NCBI RefSeq assembly: GCF_036321535.1 | Contig: NC_087436.1 | Coordinates: 66,032,001 to 66,096,000 of the forward strand | From: Camelus dromedarius | Lineage: Eukaryota | DNA: 64,000 bases | Reading direction: 5' to 3' | Part shown: in pieces, positions 53,419-64,000 of the stretch | Layout: every line of letters starts with the position of its first letter | Position numbering within the stretch: position 1 is the stretch's first letter | The notes under the pieces: model-generated | What the model saw: the letters and a program-made list of their open reading frames with translations, nothing else | The model's database searches: none | What the model was told of the DNA's origin: nothing | Position numbers and translations under genes: made by a program

Positions 53419-55873
53419 TCGTTTTCTGAAAACTGGCCTTTTCATCCACATCCAATTCCTTCTTCTCATGGGTCTCAGCAAGAAGATTTTAGTACATAAA
53501 TTATTTCGAGGCCAGAGATTTTGACCTGGCATTGAATACCCTTAAAAAAAAAAACTGATAAATTAATCCTGTGTCTATTATTATGGACTAAAGGAGAGTA
53601 TGGCCAGGATTTTTGTCCTGGCTGAAAGAGAATGATGCAAATTTAGAGTTGCTGGAATTCATGTTTCCTGTGTTGTGTATCACAGTAGCATAGGAAGAGC
53701 ATATATATACAAAAGTAAAGAAGCACATATACAAAGGGAAACTGAAGAAATGGAGAAGTCCTTGGGGCATGCAAGTTCCCATTTCTAGCTGTTAAGGAGA
53801 TCCAGCCACATACCTGTACTTTGTTTGGTATGAAACTTCTGCATCTTCAGAATAGTAGTTCCTTTTTGTTTCTGTTAATTTAAGTTTCATTTCAATCATT
53901 CAAATGCAGAGACACCTAGTTTGAAAGAAAGCTAAGTTGTATCCAGTGCAGTATTTTTGAAGGCATTTCAGGGCTGCAGAATTTTGAGCCATCATCAACT
54001 ATGCTTCTGAAATACAATGTACCCATAATATTCAGGTACTAGAATTTATTAAGGAAATTTGTTTTTTCATGAATTTATTTTTCACGTTTTACCATTTTAT
54101 ATTACACTTCTTTCTCAGTATTGACTTATAGTGTTCTCTGAAGCACTGTGCACTCTCTTTCTGAACTTTCTGTATGTTTACACTGTGAGAACTTTGTTAA
54201 GTACAAACACACACATGCACCATACATACACCTGTATATGTATATTTACAGATTGTATTCCGAAGCACACCCAGTAGCTTAGAAAGGATAGGAATGATGT
54301 AATTGGTACCCTATCAATGTTCTTAGTCTTCAAATTGATACAGTATATTTCTTACATAGAAAATATTCTTGTGAAAATGTATTCAATATGAAGGGCTTAG
54401 AAACATTAAAAGTGATAAGATGTTTGTCAAAATACAAGACACAGCTTCTGTCTATTTGTGATCAAAATCCAGATGTTGATATTAGGCCAGCCCATTCTAT
54501 GTCAGAATATGTATTGACTGCTGGTAATTTTTATTCTTTCTCGATCCATGCCTTCACTTGTCTATGAATTTCACCACTAGTCTGTGAGCAACGTAAGAGA
54601 AAAACCAATTCTTCATATATCAATTTCCACCGTTGATCACAATATGATACACCAGATTACACAAACACCAGCGTTTTGGGTTTTGAAGTAAAATACATAC
54701 AGGATAAAATCTTGGATAGACCATTTACCTGATCTTTGCATTTGCTTATCTCTAAATCTATTTTCTCATCTGTAAATCTCTCTTTATATATATATATATA
54801 TAATATACTCTCATGCAGGTTAAGAAATTGAATATAAAGCTGAAATTCAACTAGTAGTTTATAGTAGATGCTTAATTTAAAGGACTAGCTTCTAGTCTCC
54901 TTTTTATTGTTAAAATTTATGTTCAATTAACATTTTTCTAAAGGAAGTTGTGAAGTACTAGAAATACAAAAAAAAAATGAGAAAAGTATATAAGACTTTT
55001 TCCCACTGTATTTAATTAAACTAAATACATGTAAACAGTTTTAAAAGGAAGATTGAAAAGTGATTATTCAAATTATAAAAGAGAACATTGCAATAATTTT
55101 AATTAACCCCATAATTGGTTGATTAACAGGTTTTTGTACTGATAAATATAATTTGAAATATTTCTCTGGGGATACCCATAGTGAAACTAATTTTCTAAGA
55201 TATTTACTGTATCTTATATAATATGTATATATCCACTTAATTTCAGAAAATGACAATGAAAAAAATCATTTCCTGACTTTTATGGTCCTGCTTACTTCAC
55301 TTTTATTCTACATCTTCTACTCCATATGATGGCAAAAGAGCCCATTAAGATTTCCTTTGAACCTGATAATGTATCATTTTCTTTCTGGCTGATCTTCATG
55401 TAGGTCAAATCTTAAATATTACCTTCTGGAGGGAACTCTGAAAACTCAATCAGACACCCAGGCTTATATTGTATTATGTTGCAAATCGCCTATTAAACTA
55501 TACTCTTTCTTAATTATCTGCATTACAGTTGCTGGTACATGATATTTTTATTTATTTATTCAACTATAAAGCAGAGTCTTTTTACTAATCAAATTTTTAA
55601 GGCATGGCACATTAATGAATTCAATTCTTCATTTTACTTATTCCATTCAACCAGAACTAGGCTTGACAAAGAAAACAATGCAAACAACTTAACAAATATT
55701 TAATGAATTAAAATGAATTTTCTAATGTTTCCACTTGCCAAAGAAACAATTTTTTCCATAGATAACATGAAGGAAAAGGATTTATGCTTAGGTAACATGT
55801 ATTTAATGACAACTACCTGTTAGTGCTAGCTCAGTTACTTATGCATTTGCCTTGATTAAAACTTAAAAATATG

Positions 55874-56014
55874 AGGAGGAAGGTATAGCTCAAAGTGTTA
55901 GAGCAGATGTTTAGCATGCAGGAGGTCCTGGGTTCAATTCCCAGTACCTCCTCTAAAAATAAATAAGTAAATCTAGTTACCACCCCTACAAAAGAAAAAT
56001 AAAAAATAAAAAAA
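55874..56014 (+). mobile_element. tRNA-Ala-derived SINE (Vic-1-like), second copy
   Basis: ggtatagctcaaagtgttagagc..ttagcatgcaggaggtcctgggttcaattcccagtacctc with the same 3' body and an A-rich tail as the 50853 copy. Confidence 0.88.
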
Positions 56015-58224
56015 TTTGAAGAGTATAATAACACTTTTGAAAAGAATAACACATTTAAAATGAAAGAAAAAACATGAATAACTCAATAAAGTCATCTGCA
56101 AAATCAAAACTTTATAAAGGAGATTTTAAGTACTTATATATAAACCTAATTTGAAAATAAATATACATTTGATCATATATCTATAAATATATGTACATAT
56201 GCATATATGTAAATGCATATTGATATGTTTGTGTATGTATGTTTTATACACATATGTGAAAATATGTTCCTACACTAGTAAGTTTTCTGCGCATGTATCT
56301 TATATTCTGTCATTTAGTTAGAAAAAGAGTATTTTAAGATTCAACTCCAAACAAGTATAAAAATAAATGTTTTCAAGTTTTAAAATCTATTTTTCTTACT
56401 AAATGTAGAATAAAGCTATTATAGCTTTTGATATTTATTACAATTTTAATTTATATGTAGTTATAAAAATATTTAGAACTAAATTTAAAGAGGGAAATTT
56501 GCTAACATTCTGTGGAAAACATATATTAAAATATTTCAGAAAGGATATTTCATAAGCAATTTTCCACCAATGATATTAAATAAGGAATTATATTTTAATG
56601 ATTTCAAGGTTTTAGATACCATAATGTAAGCAGCATAATTTGAGGAATCAAATTACAATGAAGAAACTAAAATGTGTGTTTATTAAATGTGATGATTGGA
56701 TATGCCAAGAATTTTATATAGTTTGGCTCTGAAATCCCAAGTTAGAAAATACTGTACAAGCATAAAATGCCATGACTTGCTGATGGTCTTAATGAGACAA
56801 ATTATGGTTAATATAATGAAAGTATTTTGATCTTCCTTTAGGGATAGCTAAACTTTAGTTTGATTTTCATATATTCAGTAACCAATTAGAAGTAAATGTC
56901 TGTGGACACTGTTAAAGTAAGCTATTACATTACATATACAGAATCTCTATGCTTTACAATGAGCCCCAGAAGGGTGCTTGACAATCTGTAGAAACCAATT
57001 TATGAGGATTGCAGAAATATTAGTTTTGAATATGACAGAAGGTAGAACATTTCAATAGTACAGCATATCTTGGTGCTGGTGTCCTAGTGTTTAAGCAGTT
57101 AAATATGTGGAATTTGATTGTGTGGAATTTGATTTAAACTCTGCCTTGAATATGAAGAAAAATACTGAAAACAAATTTTAAAGAAAGAACATGAACAACT
57201 GGAAAAATATGAACTAATCCTATGAATGGATTATGTTTGTGTAGAAACCATTAAAATGCTTTTAATTATATAGTACGTAGGACTGCAAGTTAATCTGGAT
57301 ATCATTATTCAGAAAAGCAATATATATATATGAATACTATTTGTATTATCTTATGTAGATTTGTTTCTGAGTTGAAAGTGTATTTAGTTGACCACAAGTA
57401 GAATTTGCCTCGTTACTTTTAAAATGCATTTGGAAAAACTAGTGAAGAAAGCTTTGCCAAAAACATAAATTTATACATTAATTTTAAATACTGTGTATAA
57501 AATACATTCTAAAGCATACTGTGAAATGTAACATTTCATAAACAGAAGTTTCTTAAAAGAAATATGTTATATAATAATATAATTCTTAGCAGTTTTTATG
57601 TTTTCTCTGGATGTCTATTTTATGGGATATTTCATGATATCACATATCCCTTTTTGAGCTCCCTTGGAATTCTTTAAAATATAAAATAACTAGTAGCATA
57701 AGTATATGTTAAGAAGTTTGATGGCCAGAAAATTCAATTGTACTTTTATATCAGTTAGAATAAGGACTATTGACTATAGCCTATGAATTACTAGATAACT
57801 CAATGAGCAATCTCCATTTGCCTGCCTGGAAATCTTTCAGTGTTCTATTACTGTGTTCATCCTCTTGCATCTATTCAGTAAATGGAACTGTCATTTTCCC
57901 CTGATTTCACTTCAGCTCTAAGGATGGGAGTCAGCTGAAACCCAACTGAAACCAAACAAAAACATTTCATCTTATCCCAGTTGACCATCTTTTTGTCTAG
58001 TCCTTACTTTCTTCTATTTCTTTTTAATATTTCTTCCTAACATCTGGGAAGCTACACTGCTGAAAACTCTTTATGTCTTTAATCTAAGCTTCATATGAAG
58101 AGGGCGGAGGAGAAGGAGAAAAAGATTTGAAAATCATTCATAGGTATCAACACCAAGGGAAAAAATTACCTTTCCCTAGTTAACACATATTGTTCCTTAT
58201 CTCTTTTTATTTTCATGGATTGAT

Positions 58225-58424
58225 TTTAGGCACACTTCTTATTTAATACTAGAAAACCTTGGGGGAGCTTTTAATCAATAAATAAGTATAATAAAACACT
58301 AATGACGGGTCTGCACTTGCAGACAGTCTGATACAATTGGTCTGGAATGGACTTTCATTACAAACATTTCTTAAAAGATCCCTGAGTGATTTTAATGAAT
58401 GACAGTAGTTGAGAACCATTGCTT
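58225..58424. mobile_element. MER5-like hAT DNA transposon
   Basis: ggggagcttttaa...ctgatacaattggtctgg...ccctgagtgattttaatg...gttgagaaccattg. Confidence 0.65.
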
Positions 58425-60289
58425 AATTGGTCATAAAAGACATATTTATTGACATCAACCTGCTCAAACACTACTTTTCCATACTTTTAAGCATAGTTAT
58501 CTAAAATTTTTTTCTGGTATACCTACTAAGAGATTCTGAAAAAACACATTATTCCTCCCATTTTTTCCTAAAAATTGTAATATATTAATTTTAAAATATT
58601 CTAAGGGATTTAATTTTGTTTTACATAGTTTAATACTTAATAGTGCTTATTTTAATAACAAATAAAACTGTCACATCATTATTCAATGCATTCAATGATA
58701 TCTAAATGCCCTAGTGATTTGATATCCACTATCATCCAATTAAAATAAAATTCATGAACCAGCTTTCCTTTAATTTATTTCAATTAAATATTTTAATGGA
58801 ACATGTAATAAGAGCATATTTAGGTATTAAGTCTTTCAGTGCACATTCTTTCATATTTATATTACTGTTTGTGTAAATTTTAAATATATACGTTTAAAAT
58901 TTAAAACTTCTGCACTAAAATTTATGTTGGCTTGAGCTTATTATTAGTCAAAATGTAACCAAAACAACACAAAGATAATTTAAAATTTTTGTAAGTACTT
59001 TAAAATAACAATATTCAATTAGATACATATATCTTAAGGAGATTACTATAACAAAATTAGTTTCTGTTTACATGAATCAGTATTGCTTATACTTTCACAA
59101 GGAGGCAGAGTTCATTTGTATTTTTTTCTGTTCTTCATTTTTCATAGATGTAACTGCTGAAGAAAATTTTTATACAGAAATTTAGGAATAGATAAAATGT
59201 TTAACAGGAATAAAATTCCATTTTAAAAAATTGCTTAAAAATTATGTAACCCAACCTCACATTGCTGTATCATTAGAATTATTATTTTGGAACGTCTATT
59301 ACCTAAAAAAATTCAGTTTGAGTGTCCTGTAATTTTAAGCTACTTATGTGCAAAAATATCTTTTGAACAATTTTTAAAATCATTCACTTTATAATCAAGG
59401 CATCATTATTGCCAGTTGTTCCTGTAGTTTTTATGTCTCTTGGAAGTCAGGTTTGGAATGGGTAAATATTATGCCTTTCTTTTGTAAAATGGAAGAAGCA
59501 AGATTGCAAAAATAAAATTAGAAATGGTGTCACAAAGTCAAAACAATATAAGTACAGCCTTAGGAAGATAAATTTTAAGAAATGGTACTAAGGAATTTGA
59601 GTTTTCAGAAATTATTACTTTAAAATTATGCAGTCCTTAGCAAACCTTGGAAACTGCTCTTGTATAATCTATGTTATATGTAATCCAATTGGAAGATTGC
59701 TTTGTGATTATTTTTCATTATACTATGGTTTTATAACAGAAAAAAAATCGAGAAAATTTATTAAGGAAAATTACTTTTTCTTCAGGAAAAAATATTTATT
59801 TGTGGTATGTAACAGCAACATCCAACTGATTAATAAATCTATGGTTTATTAACTGTTTATAGTTATTTCCTATTGTTACAGAAAATACCTTGACACCATC
59901 AGCTTAGTTTTTATTTCAGAAGGAGACGTGTATAATTTACTTCTCATTTTGTTAATCATCTGTGCTTTTGCTTTCTATATTTTTATAATTTTAATATCCT
60001 ATTCTGACCCACATAGCTCTCTTCTTAATTTGTTCTTCTCTTCTTAGATTGCCACTAATTTAATTATTTCCACTTCTTTCTCAATATTTTCTTTTTATTA
60101 ATACCATTGTATATTTTTCTTCTATAATATCATACAGAAATCACATAAATCATCTTTTTAAAGAAGAAATTCCTGTTCAAAGTAGAACACATGTAAGAAA
60201 AATAAAGAAAAAATCACATTATCATTGCTCCTAACACATGGAGATAACTACTACTATTAATTTGGTATATAGATTTAATGTCCTTTTCC

Positions 60290-60520
60290 AATGAATATAT
60301 TATTTTAAGGTTGTTTAATGATAAATCAAAAAATAGGAAATATGCTTTTCTTTTTCTTTGCAGTTTGAACTGAACTTTTTCATTAGTTCTAATAAGTTTT
60401 ATTTCTCCTGCTAGCTTTTCTAGGGATACAATCATACTATCTTGAAGAATGTTAATACATTTTCTCTTTGTTTCAAAAAGCATACCTCATTTTTTAGCAA
60501 TCAGTACTAAAGAGATATCT
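60290..60520 (-). mobile_element. Ancient L1 (L1ME-like) RT remnant
   Basis: ILQDSMIVSLEKLAGEIKLIRT resembles L1 LFADDMIVYLENP...KLL. Confidence 0.5.
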
Positions 60521-61539
60521 GCCATATTAATGTACACAATGCTTACCCTTCCTTCAAACACCTGTGACCAAATAATCTTTACCATATATCCTCCTTCGTT
60601 TCCTCCAGTGAGTTTATTATTTTTTGCCCCTCCTTGACTCTGGCTGGATTTCAGTTAAAGAGTCTCTCTTTATTCCAGTCTCCTATTTCATAGTATCTCA
60701 TCTACCTAGCCTCTATATAATTAGTTTCTATGTCCACTATTAGATCCTTGTAATTCTTCTTGTACTGTACTTCCACTTTTACCGTCATACCTTAAGTTAC
60801 CCTCCATTTGTCCTTCAAAAATCAATGAGTTAAATACATTTTGCAATTAACAATTACAAATATTTATCAAGAAAATGCATGCACATGAATAAAAATTCAT
60901 ATATTATATAGAAAAATTAACAACAAAACAAGTCCTCTGTCCCATCCTGATCGAGACTTTTTCTTGTTTTTCACAGGACAGTTCCTATTAACTGGATATG
61001 CTTTACATTATTTGAAAGGAATTATGTCTATTAGAAAATGTAACTAGTTCTATTTATTGATTTTAGACATTCTTTATTTCCTTTCTGAAACAATATAGAG
61101 ATCTGACTTACTGTGACATTGCCTACCTCCATTTCCACTCTTCCCCTGTTGTCAGTTGACACTAGAATTGTCAAACAACATTCTAAACTTTTCTTGTTTA
61201 ACAAGGACACATAGTTTCACTTGCCTCAGTACTACGTAAAATAAGTGTTGGGACTCCCACAGTCTAACCACCGTACATCTACTGTCTGTGTTCAGAGGCT
61301 CTGTCATCAAAACCTCTTCACTTTACAATAGAAATAAGAGCTTATATGTTTTGCTCTAAAACTAGAGTTACACTGTATTATTTGGGTATAAAACTTTAAT
61401 GCTAAGAAACAGAACATAGAACTTTCTTAAATATTGTTTACCACAGATCCATGCAGTATTGAACAATTTCAAATACTTGAGTTACCAGATATTTAATGGG
61501 TAAATCTGACCAGCTATTTTTTACAAAGTACTCACATAA

Positions 61540-62000
61540 TATAGATCAGGAATTTGGATGGAAATGGCTTGTCCTCCTCTGCCCTGGTGCCACAACTGGG
61601 AGACTTAAATTACTGAGCATAACTAAAATGACTGGAGGCTGAAACAATCTGGCCTCTTCTTCACTCATATATGTGGTGCCTGAGTTGTGACAAACCAAAA
61701 TCTGAGCTCAGCTGAAATTGTCAACCAGAGTGGCTACACATGGCTTCTTCATGTATCCATGATGCTTGGGCTTCCTCATACCAGGGAAGCTTCAGAGTAG
61801 CTGGACTTCTTGTATGGTGGCTCAAGGATTCAAGAGAACAAGACAGAACAGTACAGAGGGGTCAAGGTCTTTTATGACTCAGTCTTAGAAGTCACAAAGT
61901 ATTACTAGTATTCTATTGGAGAAAGCAGTTATAGATAAGGAGAGGGGACACAGACCCCACTTGATAGGTAGAATGTCAAAGAATTTTTGACATTTAAAAT
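61540..62000 (-). mobile_element. Old MaLR LTR fragment (MLT1H/J-like)
   Basis: cttcttcactcatatatgtgg, ctacacatggcttcttcatg, ttttatgactcagtcttagaagtcaca, ttctattgga. Confidence 0.65.
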
Positions 62001-64000
62001 AATGTATTTCAAACAATCTTGCCACATATTTAAAGTGTTATCTAAACACATATGTAAGCAAAAGCATGCTAATTGAACAACATATTTTAGAGTGCAAATT
62101 CCATAAAATTCTGCATTTTGTCCTTGGAAAACTGCAATGCCACATGATCCTAAATGTCAAGGAAAATCATAAGACCTGATATGGTAATCAACTGATATTA
62201 TATGTCATGTTTAACAACTTTACCCATACCTTTTTTTAATATTGGCAAAATTGGCAAAGGTCATGAGATAGTAATAATCACAGAACTTGTAAATGAGTTT
62301 CTTCCCAATTTAGGTAAGTATTTCTCAGTAGCTGAACATATTAATAACATTCTGGAGAGTATCAAAACTAAGACAGTCCTATTAGGTTGGACTATAGTAA
62401 TGAGTATAAATTGATTTCTATTTAAATATTATGAAACTTTCTCTAAGTCTAATTTACATTAAAGGGTTGCCTTGATTTCAGTCTGTTAAACGAGAGATTA
62501 TTAACAGAATATCAAATGATGAATTCTGAAATAATGTACTCAATTCAGAAATAGTTTTTGGAGCGTGTATATGAAAATCATGGTTCATACCATTATAATG
62601 GTAACTGTACATTAGCTTATAAAGAAATATGAAAAGCTAACACCATATTTTCCTGTATGAGCCATATATTATGGTGGATTATTTCAATAATAAAACAAAA
62701 ATTCATGAAATAGCATTATTGTTTTTGTTTTGTTGATTGCAAAATTCTTCCTGCAGGGGATATTGCAAAAATTTATGGCTTCAACCTTTAGTTTAGAATT
62801 AATGTTATTGCTGAGCTTTGGGATTACAAATAGCTATCTATTTCCAACATAACAAGAGACAACCTTTACAAAAGCCATTTAATAAATACTGCCTTTGCTA
62901 GAAGACAAAAATGTTTATTATGTGATAGGTATTGACAAAGGGCAGAGAATAAAGGAGAACAGTTATAAAATTAAAACAGAGAATAAATACTTTACTTTCT
63001 ATTGATAAGCTCTATCTACTTGGCAAAATAACACTGTCAAAAATTTCTAGCATAGATAATTTTTAATAGTCCTGAAAATTATTGACTCTTCATGCATTTT
63101 CTTCTATAAATTATGAACCATTTTTAAAATTTAAGTAGCAAGATATGCCATTTCCTATGTTAATTCAGGATATTTAAAAATAAACTTCAGTATTAGTTTT
63201 ATATATTATTTTGCATATGAAAACATTGTGATAATTTAAAGAAATTTGTCTTCAATGCTTTTAATGATCTAAGCTGAAGTTTTGAGATTAGGTATGAAAT
63301 TAGGCTTTGGGATAAAAAGTTGTATTCGGTTGTTAATCATGCTCTGCAATTCTCTGATTAATATATTTTCTTTATTCACAGTTGCATCTCTAATGCCAGC
63401 CTAAACTATTTTTTGTTTATTTCTTTGGTTTATTTTAGAAGACTTAAAACACCTAGTAAACTAACTGTTGTCTATATATACATATATATATATATATGTA
63501 AAGATTTTTCTTTGTAGCTGTATACAAATTTGTAAAATTAGTTAGAATATGGAGCTCATTGCATATTAGTTTCTTGAGGCAGTCTTTTGGCTCAATAGTG
63601 TACAAATAGTAATGCCTGAGTTCAAGGATTAAGTATGTGCTTCTTAGTATAGAAACAATTAGCTCATGATCATGTGATTGCTCAATATATAGTTTATGAA
63701 AAGTGACACCAAGGCTCTAAACATGGCTCAGGAGGCAGAGGATGAATGTCCTTTCCTTTGGCTGAGGCGATTATTTAAGGACAGCATAATTATGTGCCCT
63801 CTATGAATCATCTACATAAATTTAGGTTTTATTAATTCTAATGGAAGGAGACTTGCAAATAATTCTATTAAATTTATTATTCACAACATAGTGCAAGAAT
63901 GCGAATGTGGAAAAATATCAGCATTTGTTGCTGTCGTCATACACTTAATAGAAAATTTTATTACTGTGAAAAGTAGCTGTCAGTATTTAAAGATATATTT

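Noticed and set aside
53604..53623. Hairpin gccagga..tcctggc
   Set aside because: A 7-bp stem is expected by chance in 64 kb and has no supporting context.
57106..57134. Repeat array or CRISPR-like repeats (also 10862 and 24458)
   Set aside because: Only two copies each, no spacers, and a eukaryotic context; these are simple local duplications.

Overview
AT-rich mammalian genomic DNA, probably camelid (two tRNA-Ala-derived Vic-1-like SINEs). I found no intact protein-coding gene, functional RNA gene or CRISPR array. The window reads as intergenic or deep-intronic sequence rich in retroelement fossils. The main feature is a 5'-truncated endogenous retrovirus on the minus strand (~16.17-21.32 kb). 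Its pro-RT-RH-IN has class III (ERV-L/ERV-S-like) motifs (YIDD, WQIDYIG, DSDQGTHF), yet it carries a gamma-type env (CWVC, ISD LQNRMALD, CX6CC, TM anchor), a PPT and a 3' LTR. All reading frames are broken. It abuts a GC/CpG-rich L1 5'UTR in convergent orientation. Other elements include an ERV-L-type integrase remnant (~8.9 kb), a MER4-group ERV1 remnant with a second env TM fossil (45.7-49.0 kb), an old L1 with three nested insertions (29.2-35.0 kb), many MaLR/ERVL/ERV1 LTRs, MIR/L2 copies and DNA transposons. Repeat family names come from recalled consensus similarity and need Dfam/RepeatMasker confirmation.
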